This document shows positions 13,701 through 26,507 of a stretch of DNA of 64,000 nt, piece after piece (positions within the stretch are counted from its first letter, which is position 1; each line of letters starts with the position of its first letter). Source of the stretch: Sphagnum compactum (Eukaryota). The notes beneath the pieces were generated by a model. The model ran no database searches, was not told the DNA's origin, and saw only the letters and a list, made by a program, of their open reading frames with translations. Position numbers and translations under genes: made by a program. The stretch spans positions 5,270,001 through 5,334,000 of the forward strand of contig OZ234493.1 in assembly GCA_965153455.1 (NCBI GenBank). The letters run 5' to 3'.

Positions 13701-14033
13701 TACGCTTGAGATTATTTATTTCTGAAACTAGGAACCACTTTCATAATGAAAGGTTCCAGTTGTTGGCTTGATGGTTGGCACATTCATAGTGCAGCACAAG
13801 GATCTGTTGATTCCAGGCTGGAACTATGAAGAACTAGAACTTGTGGGGTGTGATTTTGTGTTTGGTTTGTCTTGAAGTTGTTTTCTAAAGGAACAGTGGC
13901 ATTCACAGTCTTGTTGAAAGTTCTATGGGTTTGATTTGCTCATCGTTATTGATTTAGAATTGGGGTTGATATGCTGCAGGGGAAGGGATCAGATCGGCGA
14001 GCATCCCCACTGTCAAATGATGGAAAGGTCTGA
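10723..14033 (+). CDS. Serine/arginine-rich splicing factor, SF2/ASF-like plant SR subfamily (SR30/SR34-like), ~300 aa
   Basis: Exons 10723-10809, 11068-11133, 11381-11455, 11702-11852, 11963-12009, 12121-12178, 12319-12371, 12527-12583, 12702-12754, 12874-12984, 13208-13238, 13385-13444, 13980-14033. All GT-AG and phase-consistent. RRM1 ([21 protein letters not shown]), pseudo-RRM with SWQDLKD, RS tail. The last exons are less certain. Confidence 0.93.
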
Positions 14034-17000
14034 AATATGGAGATGGTTTATAAGCTGTAGATGTTCCAGTGTCACTGCAATGCTAGTGTAACAGACTCGG
14101 TTTAGCTTTTGCAGGTAGGTGAGAATCTTCAACATGTTGCATTTCCTTTAATGTGTGAGTTCTGCTTTTGTGATCTGCTGTTCCATTCCAGTGGGGTTGC
14201 AACTTTGATGCTCTTGCAACCCTGTTGGTTACTGTTCTTTCTTGCTAAGTAGCTTATCCATTTTCCATGTCAGAAAGGTTTTTAGTTTTTATTAAGAGGA
14301 ATGCACTTGACTGGTGGGCACTTGATGATATCATGACTGTTACTTTGTGTTTGTTTTGAGCATTCAGACTCAACATTAAAACAATGACTCTTTCTATAAT
14401 TGTTTGCCAGATTGTTGTCTTGTTATCCTAAACTGACTGTTGATAGGGTATAAACTAGATAATGAAGCTACAGCTTGGAACACTGGCTAAATGAGACAGC
14501 AATGAGACAAGTTTGAAACCTAGCTAAAATATGTGCCTTGAAATATCATGAAGGGATGTAGGTGAGGGTTCTTCATGTAGGAGGACCTTAATTTGCAGCC
14601 AAGTTTCCCAGTAGTCAATTTTTGTTTGTTAGAATGAAGTAAATTGGAGTGAATTTCATATGTTGGAGAATGGATGAAAACGAAGGTTATTTGAGAATGT
14701 TGAATGTAGGAAAATAATAGTTGAAGTTGGGAATGAATGTTGAGAATTTTTAATGCCAGTGATGATAATAGTTGGAGCTGGTACTGGCGAGTTGCATTAG
14801 ATATCTCTTGTGGAAAGCTGTTTTTTCCAGTCTATTCTCAGTGCCCAAATGTGATGGACAATAGATGAAGTTGGGAAAGCAAGGAAAAGTAATTTGATGT
14901 TACTTCAAGAATAGAAGTCAATGGGTGAAATAGAGAACTTGCGAAAATTTGTGTTGTGAAATGTTGGAAGTTTTTATAATATTGTCAATTCTTTCTTCTT
15001 TGTTTGGTTATGTCTCACGAGTGATAAAATAACCTGAATAAGCTAAGATTATGAAAATGTAGATGAGATGAGATTAAACCCGAAAAAGCTAAGATTATGA
15101 GAATATAGTTGAGGTAAGATAAAAAGTTGTATTGTAAGTTGGGCAACGGAGTTATCCTCAATATAAACCTGCTTTTACTCCCAAACCCTCTTTATGAAGT
15201 TGTGAGTTAAAAATTTGGACGTTTAAGGTTGAAGTCTGTTTTTATACTTACATGATTTGAAAATATTCAATGATTGCTTTACTTGTAATGGTGAAGATGC
15301 ACACATTGGTTGACACTCAGTGGTGGTCCCAACAATTTTGGCTCAAATTTTTGGGATCTGAGTGAAAAAATTTTGTTATTTCTTGAGCCCGTTTCCTGGT
15401 TTCAAGTTGCAATTGGGTGAAATTGTGGATGCTGGGCCCCAAATCGGCTGAATTTATGGATATCCCTGATGTGTATTAACATGTTCGAAAAGCAATTTGA
15501 TGGAGAAGACCTCGATTTTTAAATTCATTGAGGCTCAATTTTAAGGGAGTCAAGTCCAAGATTGATGCAGCAAGTAAAATCAGCCTCAATGACTTTACAG
15601 ATTGAGGTCCAATTTATGGCTCAAGTGGAAGGTTGGACCAAAATTGAGCAATCTCATTGATGTTACCAGTAAAATCAGGCCCAAGTTCTTTACAAAACAA
15701 GTCAATTAAAGAATTTCTTTAAAACTGGAAAGAGGCTTTTTAAGTTAATTTATGACTTTCTGGCTCTGTATTGGCCCAAAGAGTGAAAATGAATACTTAC
15801 CCTTTGAGCCAATTTATGCTCACAGATATACCATGTACATAGAAGAGACTAAGAGGAGAAGAGGCTAAGGATTATTTTTTTTGATGATATTCACATCAGC
15901 AGTCAAATGGAATCATATGCAGCTTGTTTTTTCCCTGTTCTCGAATTCATCTTTTCCCATTTTTCTCTATTCTTTTTTTCATGTTGATTTTTTTTCCTTG
16001 CAAACCATGAAAATATTTTCACATTACTTGAAATGTAAAGGATTTGGAGTTTTGCATGATCATAAGGTTATGTCAAATGGATTTTGACATTTCAACTCAC
16101 CTTTTCAAGTGTTTGTACTTATGATAGCTAATCTACTCATGTGTTACTTTTCCACTCGGCAAGTGTGTGGAAAGAGTAGAGAATTTAGTTTTGATGACGA
16201 AGTCAGTTACTCAGGAAGTTTCTAATGTTCAAGACAAGCAAGAAGAGGATGTTCATGTTGTACACTATTCACATTCCAATAGAAACACTAAAAAAGAAGA
16301 TGGTGAAAGCCAAACAAGGTGAGGAAGACAGAAATGAATATAATCCAAAAATGAAAATTGGAACAATGTGGAGGCCAAGATTTTCTTTGCAAGGACATAT
16401 GTGTGGAATTTGTCCAAAATGACAAAATCTGGGGTAAATCTTCACTCATTATCATATATTTGAACCCAAAATAATAAGTTGAAAATTTTGAAGGAAAAAA
16501 TTATAAATTTTAATTCAAACTATGACAAATAGTCCTTGAACCCCTTCTCCCAATAGAGTGCTTTCGCAATTGTTGCTTCACAGTAGTGGTTTTAACTCAA
16601 ATATCTTGGAGGTGAAAAAGGAACCTAGCCACTAAACCATTCCATTTCACAATGCTATAGATTGATCCCTTTGTCTTTGGCAAAGTTTGCAGTGTTTCAG
16701 TTTCTTAACCATTTCACAACCCAAATAAATCCATATATTACTATTTTAAACTTTCATTCAATGAAGGGGATGGATGTATGTCTAAAATTGCTTGTGGAAA
16801 TGGTGGCAACAAATCATGGATTTGCAATGATAACCAAACACATGCAAAAAAAAAGTTGAAATTTGTTGGTAAATAATATGAACTCAGCAAATTGACTAGT
16901 GTCCTCTTGAGAGAGGAAGACAAATCAAATTCTATGATTTGATTAATCAATGATGGCATCGAGCAAATACGATAATGAAACATGTCATTGTGTTCGTCGA

Positions 17001-18601
17001 TGACACATAATTGCTTCATTTCAAGGCAACACCAAATTATTGAAAAAATAATCAACTTTAAAAATAACCTTATTGCACCTAAGAGTGGTAAGAAAAAATT
17101 GCATGAACACACCATTGGTATTTTTTGGTGAAGAACTTTGAAAAAATAAATGTTTTATTGAAAACAACTTATCATCAAATGGGTCAATTTATAGATAAAT
17201 TGTAACCGTGATATTAATTTAGAACATGTATGTTAATCTTAAATCACATGAATTATCTAGGAAAAACATTTTACCTTTCCATGTCAATTTTATTTAATAA
17301 AATGTGGTTGCTACTAGTTCATGAGTTTCTAATGCTTATAACACATCTTTTTTTGTTTTGAAATTTTTGTTGTTATTTGATTTTCATGCTCTTTCAATTT
17401 TTTCACATTGGACAATTGCCTCCTCATTATTTTCAAATTTAATTTTTTCTTCAACTCACGTGATGCCTTTGAGATGTTGTACTTAGGGTTTTGTTTGTGG
17501 TGAATTTTTGCCACTTGGCAAAAAGAAATTTGAGATGTTTTAAAACTTGTACATTTGACCAATTCTGTTTTAAAATATGAATAACCACAAACTTGAAATG
17601 CAAAAGAACCCCCCCCTCCCCCCCCTCCACCCCCCAAATCTTTTTATAATTTTAGGGTTTTTTTTTCCCTATTTTCAAATTATCCAAGTACGTTATTAAA
17701 TTTCATTTTACATTCTTATTCAACTCGTTTTGGCCAATATATATCAAAGGCTTTTTTCATGGATAATTCATAGGTTATGAAAGTAAACAAACACTATAAC
17801 ATTTCATAAATTTTATACTTGCATGTCAATTCTTGTTAATTTTTCCTCCCATTATCATTTCAAAATTGTAAGAGATATAAAATAGGAAATTAGAGTATTC
17901 GATTGAAGACATTTCTAATATCTTTTTGTTGTTGGCAATCTATCATTCTCACCTTTGAATGGGGAGGAAAACAATGACCTCCGTGGGTACATTATATGTC
18001 CAATCAATTTGTATGATATAAAAACTTTTTTTTTCTTTATTTTGATAATAGTGCTACATTTTTTGAAACAATGTCCAATCACAACAACAACCCATCCAAA
18101 ATCATAGACTCAAAACTTATATCTCATGCCAATCACACACTATAGTGAAGCAAAATAAAAATCTCCTTCACAATAATGTTAAAGTTGATTTACAAATGTA
18201 ATAATTAGGATGTGGTTATCATTTATTATCTCAAGACATAACATATTCAAGTTAATTCTTTTTAATGTTATTATTATTTGTTTTTAATCACCAAAAGGTT
18301 TCAAATGTTTGATAAATAGTTGCACACAATTATTTTGCAATAATAGAAAAAATGTTTTCGCACACTCCATAGACTTCATCACACCTTTCTAAGGTGTTAG
18401 TATTACTTGATTAAAAAACTATGATGGTTTTGTGTGTTCTAATTGGAATGCATGATATCACATGGGAAGATGCCTTACTTAATGGTGGAGTCAAAATATC
18501 ATAAAAATAATGTAAAGTTATTGACATTAACCTCGTTTGTTGTTTAAACATTCAAATTGAATAGTTGCAAAAAATTGCTTCTCCATGTAACCATTTGTTC
18601 A

Positions 18602-21080
18602 CACTACTAGAAATCTTGTCATTTACAACCAATCACTATGCAACTAGTATGCAATTGGTTGTTGTTTACAACTATCTTGGTCATGTTTACAACTACAAAT
18701 TTGGTATTGTATAATTTTTTGGGCCATACGGTTGTGTGTAATTAACATGTAACTAAATGTGTACAACATGGAGACATATCATAAAAATAATGGCATAAAC
18801 TTATAAATACTTAAATCCTTATATAGGCTATATATAATAATATTATGTACTTCTAATACTAAGGTTAACCCCATGCTAACTTAGGCTAGCCTAAACTAAC
18901 CTAAATTAAACTAACCATGTCTAAATTAAATCAAATTAAATTAACCATGGCTAAATTAAACTAAACTAAACTAATTATGGTTAAATAAAATTAAACTAAA
19001 TTAAATTAGGCTAAAATAAACCATGGCTAAATTTATTAGGCTAAACTGATTATGGTTAAATTAAATTAAGTTAAATTAACTATGGCTAAATTAAATTTAT
19101 GGTTAAATCAAGTTAGGCTAAATTATTTATGGTTAAATTAAATTATAATATATAAGTTATGGCTTAAATAAATAAACTAAATTAAGTTAGGCCAAATTAA
19201 TTATGGCTAAATTAAATTAGAATATATGATTATGGCTAAACTAAATTAAGATAAATTAAATTAGGAAAAATTATTTATGGCTAAATTAAATTAGACTAAA
19301 ATATTTATGGCTAAATTAAATAAGGTTAAAATGACAATGGTTAAATTAAGTTAAATTAAACCATGGTTTGAATATGTTTAATTTTATTTTAGTTGGAATA
19401 ATTATCAAAAAAATGTAAATTTGATTAAACAAAAAAATTCAGAATCAATTAATATAATAATATTAAATTTTATTATAAATAACCATAATTAATAATCAAA
19501 ATTTTATTATAATCATAGTGATAATCAAATTATATATATATACATATATATATATACTCAATAGGTATTATATATTTAAAATTTATTATTTATGCTAAAA
19601 TATTAATGTAAATAGGCTACAGTAATTAACCTACAAGTACACAAACATCTTAAGTTAATTACTAATTTAAGCTAAATAATAATATTAAAATCATATTTTC
19701 ATTAAGTCATCATGATTATTAATAATATCTTATAATCATCTTTGAAATGTAAAAGAAAAAGAGTAATGAAAAATTAACAAGAAGAAAAATAAGAAAAATA
19801 AGTTTTCCAAGTTACAAAACGTTTTTTTTTTCTTTCTTTGGACCCTTCCTACTTTCAAACCTCATAACTTTCTTAATTCTTATTCATTTTAAACGATTTA
19901 AAGTGTTATAGGAGCGCCACTTGAAGTTCTACAAATCACGTTGGAACTCAATAACAACAAAACAACATAAAAGAAACTTTTTGGTTGTTTAAGAACTGAC
20001 CTTTGTAGTGTTCCATAGTTTTTTTTTGAGTTTTTGACCCCTTTTACTTTGGGGGGCCATAACTTTCTCATTTCTAATCCGTTTTCAATGATTATTATGT
20101 GTTAGAGGTGCCAAGAAGAAGGCTTCAAGATTTGTTTAGACACTAAAAACAACAAAGCCCTCCCCTGGCTGGTATACTATAATACAATAGTTACATCTAA
20201 TGTGTAACTAGGTGGGTTCATGAGGTTTATAATGGAATGTTTTAACCCATATCCTTTGGCTTCCAACTCTATTTGGTTCATAATTCTATTTGGCTCAGTA
20301 TATAACTAGAAGCAATAACTATGTAGTAACTAAATACCAAGTGTCATTGGGGATGAGTCATTGGGGATGAATGAATGAAAAAAGCTTGACCTTTATGAAA
20401 TGGTTAAACCTAAAAATAAAATTGGATTATTCTAAACCTACTTATATAACTTAAACTTAGCTACTTTTCAACCTACATATATACTTAAGTAAACCTACTT
20501 ACCTAATAAGGTTTAATAATTACCTACCTACCTAGGCACCACATGTCAACATCTTATTAGCCATAAATTGAACGACTTAAATTTCATTAATTAATATTAA
20601 AATTTTAAAAAAAATGTGGGCTTTGATTACCATGTGTCACCATTTTATTGGTGTTAAAATGAACACGTGTTAAATGGTCAATGAACGTTCCATGGTGTGC
20701 CATGTGTCATCATCTTAGTGGCAAAAACTTTAATGATTGACATTAATCCAATGAATTTTTAATTTTGAAAAAAAAAAAAAGATAGTGACATGTGTCCATA
20801 AGCTAATTGTTTAATTTTTAAACATGTGTCATATTTTGATTAGTTGCATTATAGTTGCAAGGAGAGTTGCACATAAGGTGCAACTACATTTGGATTGGTA
20901 CATATGGATGAACATGTATATTAACACCGTATATACATGTTGCATACGTAATGTCACATGCAACTGAATGTCATGTGCACCTTGTCCAAGGTAACTACAC
21001 AAATTTGTAGTTGCATGTGTCGCATGCAATTGAAATTTAGTTGCAAACGATAGTTGCAAAACCCAAAATTTTTAATAGTG
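18602..21080. mobile_element. Non-autonomous CACTA (En/Spm) element
   Basis: Termini CACTACTAGAAATCTTG and CAAAATTTTTAATAGTG, 3-bp TSD TCA (18599-18601 and 21081-21083). Subterminal TGCAACT/AGTTGCA motifs. Internal AT-rich aaattaaccatggct array at ~18860-19370. No transposase seen. Confidence 0.88.
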
Positions 21081-22887
21081 TCACCCATATGTTTACACAA
21101 ATTTTTGTTGCTCCATTTTCATAATGAGGGTAACCATTGTTGTTATAACATTATAATGGTGATGGAATGCATCTTGCTGTAATGACACAAGTATTGTAAT
21201 AACATGCCAAATTGTCATTAAAAACTCAAGAACTATAGGAATGTCATGTCTATGTTCACCCAAGGTGGTCTGAATTTTAGGGTTCAACTTGAAAGGGAAG
21301 CCAAGGTGAGAGGAGGGATGAAAAAAAATGAAAGCATGTAAAAAGTTGAAAACTATGTTCTTAATTCTTGGCCTTAAAGGCCTTACATGTGAACTAATTG
21401 GTCTTCATAATATGATAACTTGATGTTAGACAATGAGCCAAGAGTTCTCAATATTTAATGATTACCCCCAAAATCATTTGGTTCCAACTCTTAGTATAAA
21501 ATGGCCTCATTTTTTGTTGCAAGACAAATGGTTTTAAAAACTCAATTATTACAAAATCATCTTTTGGACATCTTTAGATTTAGTTATAATTTTTTATAAG
21601 TTGTAATAAGATCACAAAGGTGGTGCAGAACTCCAAGGGTCTTTTGTCGGGTCAAACTAAATTGTCAGGTCAGGTTTGTTGTTATGTTTGAGCAACAACA
21701 GAAAGTTTAATGAAGTAGGTCCATGTAACCAACACTAATAGGCTAACCATAGGTATTACAAGACGAGGAGGAGTTTTAATGATAGTAGTTCAAAAGCAGG
21801 CAACGACATTTATTATGTTGGTGGCAAAAGGGTGAAAGTGCTTCCAATGGGTGATAAATCAACCAAGATTCGAAACAAAGTAGCAAGACTAGAAGCTCTG
21901 AAATAGTTATCAAGAATGTAGCAATTGATATTGTTGTCGAAACCTAAGAATGTAGGTAGGCTTGTTATTTAAAGTCAAAAATTTCAGCTTCTCTTTATCT
22001 TCCATAGAAAAATTAGGTCTTTTATCCAAAGCTGAAGACTTTGGGGTATTATTAACTGTAACTAACTGAAACATTTGTGTTGCTTTTTCCACAACAATGA
22101 AAAAAAAATAGTGAATGAGATTATAAGGGCTTGAGAGTGTAGTAATAGTAGCACTACTAGTATTAGTAATAGTGTTTAGGGCAGGGGCAAGGCTAAGCAG
22201 ATAAAACAAGGTAGGGCGAAGTATAGTGGAACATGACCAATGGAGAGTAGGCAGGTTAGTTGAATAGGGCTTTTGAACAACAACATAAGTGCACAAGTGT
22301 GAGCCATACCGACACAACCATGTGCGGTAGTTTCAATTTTTAAGAATTGCATCAGGGTTATTTGAGTGGGGTAAGGTTATTAAGGGCTTTTAGCGACTTC
22401 ATAGAGAATGATGAATGCGTTTGGTGCATAAGGGGGTTATTTTCTTTTCTGAAATGCGTTATTGGTGAATAAGGAGTTAGATTAGTTCTTTTCTTCAATG
22501 AAGGCTTATAACCATAGTTTTAGAGACTCTGTTGCGTAATTAGGGGTGAGAAATCTCTAGAGGGTTGGGGGTAGAAGTAGACACCAAAATTAGCGGTGTT
22601 CAACACAACATTAGTCTTGTTATGGTATTTAGGGAGTAGCAAACATGTTAGAAATTCTGGAAACAATTGAAGGGGTGTTAATGAAAGGTCTATTAGAGAT
22701 AGAACAATCTTCAAGCCGTTGAACATAAGGTTAATTTGAGGCAACTCAACGATTAAATAGATAGTATGATAGTGTGCCAATGGCAACAGGAATCTAATGA
22801 TATTTAAAACATTTATTTAAAATAAGGATAATTTCGGCAAGGAGTTGCAAGTACATTGAAAATTCTGGGCTATGCCATAGTGATAGT

Positions 22888-23310
22888 TCACAACTGCAGG
22901 AAATCTAGGATGCGTCGGATGGTGCGAACTAGGTAGTCCGCTTTGCTATTAGGAGGCAGTCGACGAATTGAATCGTGCAACCAACGACAGTGTCCAACGC
23001 TGAGAACTGAAGACCATGCGAAGATAGAAGTATCTTCAATATCGTAACAACCTTCACAAACGGTCTCAGGTTCGTCACCAGAAGCGAGGTCGACTTGCAG
23101 CAAGATCACCAGGGTACGAGAGTTCGGGGAAATACGATAGTACGAGGCTCGAGGGGGTTCAACTTCAAAACGAGCACACACCTCTTGAGGTTCGGGTTCT
23201 TCATCACGAGGATGCTGTGTTAGGGTAAGATCTAGAGATGACTCCGGACGCGGTTCTTCATTCGCTTGTGCGGCTTGCGGCCCGTAAGATGTGACCGTGC
23301 GCGACGCCAT
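22888..23310 (-). CDS. Intronless orphan ORF, 140 aa, unknown function (possibly mobile-element cargo)
   Basis: Good start context (attATGGCG), TATA-like ctataaat about 95 bp upstream (23403-23410), CpG-rich and uninterrupted amid decayed DNA. No domain recognised. Confidence 0.4.
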   Translation of the reverse strand: MASRTVTSYGPQAAQANEEPRPESSLDLTLTQHPRDEEPEPQEVCARFEVEPPRASYYRISPNSRTLVILLQVDLASGDEPETVCEGCYDIEDTSIFAWSSVLSVGHCRWLHDSIRRLPPNSKADYLVRTIRRILDFLQL

Positions 23311-23553
23311 AATTTAAAGGAGAGGAAAAAGTTAGATCTTCAATCAAATCAAATCGACAATGAAGGTGTGAAGGATTTGTTACATTGAGGTGCATAGTCG
23401 TAATTTATAGATCGAAGAAAAGGAAGGGAAGGCGTGAGTAACGGCTTAGAACATGGTAAAGTAAAATCGTGAGGTCAAAGGAAAAAATTGAAGGTTTAAG
23501 TAAAGTTTGTTGGGGGGAAAATGAAAGAGGTGAAAAGGTGTTTCTCCTTCACC

Positions 23554-23680
23554 TTCCATTGGCCACCAAGCATGGAACCTTCCATTGGCCACCAAGCTTG
23601 GAACATTCCATTGGCCACCAAACTTGGAACATTCCATTGGCCACCAAGCATGGAACCTTCCATTGGCCACCAAGCTTTGA
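23554..23680. repeat. 26-bp tandem repeat x5 (ttccattggccaccaagcatggaacc)
   Basis: Copies start at 23554, 23580, 23606, 23632 and 23658. Each carries CCAAT on the minus strand. Confidence 0.95.
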
Positions 23681-23935
23681 ATCTACCTTCACCTCCCTTC
23701 TCCTTCTCTTTAAAAGGCGGATTCGGATCATTGGGGTCTCTCTTTTTGCCTCGGAGATAATTTTCATTCAATCTTGAATACTTGTTCCCACAAGCTTCTC
23801 GAAGAGGAAAAGAATGATTAGTATTAGTAGAGGGGAGAAGGAAGAAAAAATAGAATGAAAATCTTGTAATAGTTTTGAAGGAATGGGGGTAGGTAGTGAT
23901 AGTGTTGGAAGATTGGAACTTTAGAGAAATCTCAC

Positions 23936-24490
23936 AAACCCTCTCGGGTCTCATAACATAACTTCTTGCTGGTTCAGCTATAGAGCTTGAGATTTGGCAG
24001 TAAGTTGCATCTTGTAGTTAGCTTTCTAACGAGCTAAGGCAAGTTGGATTTGAATAATGTATGTGTTAGAAATGATGTTTTAAGTGACTAAGGGTCTGCA
24101 GCCAAGTTGAATTATCACCTTTGTAAAACCCTCTCAGGTTTTGTAGCATAACTTCTTGCTGGTTTAGCTACAGAGCTTAGGATTTGGTAGCAAGATGTGC
24201 CTTGTTATTAGCTTTTTAGTGAGCTATGACAAGCCGAATTTGAATAACCTATGTGTTAGAAACAACATTTCAAGTGACTGCTGGTCTGTAGCCAAATTGA
24301 ATTATGACCTTTGTAAAACCCTCTCGGGTTTTGTAACATAACTTCTTGCTCGTTTAGCTGCAGAGCTTAGGATTTGGTAGCAAGATGTGCTTGTTGTTAG
24401 CTTCCTAGTGAGCTATGGCAAGCCGAATTTGAATAACCTATGTGTTAGAAACAACATTTCAAGTGACTGATCGTCTACAGCTATGTTGGA
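23936..24490. repeat. 190-bp tandem repeat x~3
   Basis: aaaccctctc starts at 23936, 24126 and 24316. Units align over their length. Confidence 0.93.
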
Positions 24491-25806
24491 CATGGTGTTG
24501 AGTCCTTAAACATTGGTTTAAATGAATGACAATTTGACATAAAGTCCTAAAATGTGTAGTGTGTGAGCTTGAAAAAAATATATCTATCAACTCTAATCGT
24601 AAATGATGCATAGGAAGCAGGCTACTTAATTTCAACTACAAACGCAATTTAACATCTAGAATTACACTTGCATTTTTCCTTCACCAGTAGCATTTGTGCC
24701 TCCAAGCATAATCACCTTGTAGAACCGGGAGTAGAGGGACGGAAAGTCGCCTCACAACAAGTAGTGGCAAACCTACAATTGGGTTAATTTGCGATTCCCA
24801 TCTATTTTTCCAGTTTTTGTGAATTTGTTGCCATGTGTCTCCTTCTTGTTTTTTCACTTTGTTTGTAAGTACTTCTCTTTTAAGGCAAATATTTTAAGGT
24901 TTAAAATGGATTAAAAGGATTTTTCGAAATTAAGGTTTAGGGTTTCGATTTTAAACCAAATTTGTTAGGCTAAGGATAAACATGGCAAATCTTGTGGGTT
25001 TTCCATCCCCAAAGCGTTGTTGGGCCTTTTAGCCCTCCTAGTGTGAGCACCCAATGGAGAGCTAGTAGTCGGTTTTACCCCTATGCCTAATTGTGTTCCG
25101 ACTTCCATCCATCTGCCCATCATTCCCATCCCTCTTAGTTTACTTTAACCAGTCCCTTCATCCTTTTTTGGTTTGTCGGCCCCTTTTTCGCTTCGCTTGC
25201 CACACCTACTAGGAACTTTTCCAATATTCATCATGTGGTCCTTTCTTGCATGACCCCACTTCCCTTGTCCCTTTTACAATTGTTTATTCAATAGGGCGGT
25301 TTAACATAACATTAGTTTTCATGCATCGCTCATAAGTGAATCTATCTCAAGGGGAATGTTGCCCCTAACTTTGCCATATTATCCTCCCTCTTTAACATGG
25401 ACATGGATTGCATCCATAAATATCATTGATGCTTTCCATTTGGGTTTACCATGTCTTCATTTTTACCATCATATTCTTTATGTATTTCGAGTTGATGTGC
25501 AGCGAGCTTTGCATATCCCTTTATCTTGATTAACATTTGATCTTTTCGATATTATAGTTTGGCATGTTTTTTTGTTATTCCCTTTTTGGTGTTTGTTTTT
25601 TCTTTCACAAGGTGGTGAAAAAAGCCACCAAGAAACATGTGTTCACTTGTGTCGATACATGGGTGGCAACTGGGATGCATTATAAGAGAAACACATAATT
25701 AACATTCACCTTAACTTCTCGTAGACATTTGGAATCAATTCTAAATCCTACCCCACCTCCATCAGCACAATTACACCATGCATGGGCCTTTGTTCATGTA
25801 GGGGAA

Positions 25807-26507
25807 TGTCAAAGACATGAAGATCCATAAGAAAAAAGGCTAAAGGAGAGGTTTAAATCCAACTTTCAAACAAGGAACAAGACAAAATTATGTGATTCAA
25901 AAGTAAAAACATAAAAATTATAAATAAGAACACGAGATGTGCAAGACCAATGTGGAAACAAATTTTTATTATGTTAACAAATGTGAATATGAATATAAAA
26001 CGAACATGACAAGGCTATAATATAGAATCATGTTTAAAACTAATGTTGAACAGACTAAAGGAAATGTGGGATCCTACTTTTATTTATACCCCTCTGGGGC
26101 CTTAGTTCTAAGAAGCTTTCAAAGAAGCTTCTATGTATGCATTGACTAAAGAAGCTTTTTGAAAACCTTCTTAAATGAGAGTCAATTATGAGTTAATTGA
26201 AACTTCACTATAAAATAATTAAGATTTAATTAGGAGTCAATTGGGAATTAAATGGACTTAATTAGGACTTAATTAAATTTTAAATAAAAATTAATTAGGA
26301 AGTAATTCAAACTTAACTAGAAATGAACTAAATTTTAACTAAGAATCAACCGAAAATGAATTAGGAATCAAATGAAAGTGAACTCAATTTTAAATGGAGG
26401 TTAATTAAAAGTGAAATGAAACTAAACTAAAAATTAGGTGCAAGTTTATTACAAGTCATGGATGATCATTTAAATGAATGAATTCCATGGCATTGGCATT
26501 CGTGGCA
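25807..26507 (-). repeat. 3' LTR of the chromovirus
   Basis: TGTCA...TGGCA termini, adjacent to the PPT. Its right-hand ~200 bp match 32950-33162. Confidence 0.85.

Noticed and set aside
14900..18600. Possible LTR or transposase remnants downstream of the SR gene
   Set aside because: No paired termini and no recognisable domain motif could be read.
23446..23954. Several overlapping ORFs and a CRISPR-like appearance
   Set aside because: Head-to-tail 26-bp repeats without unique spacers, no cas genes, eukaryotic context.
21613..25617. Direct repeat tcacaa(a)ggtggtg as a TSD around a 4-kb element
   Set aside because: The right-hand copy lies within the coding remnant of the CRE-like LINE, so the match is probably chance.
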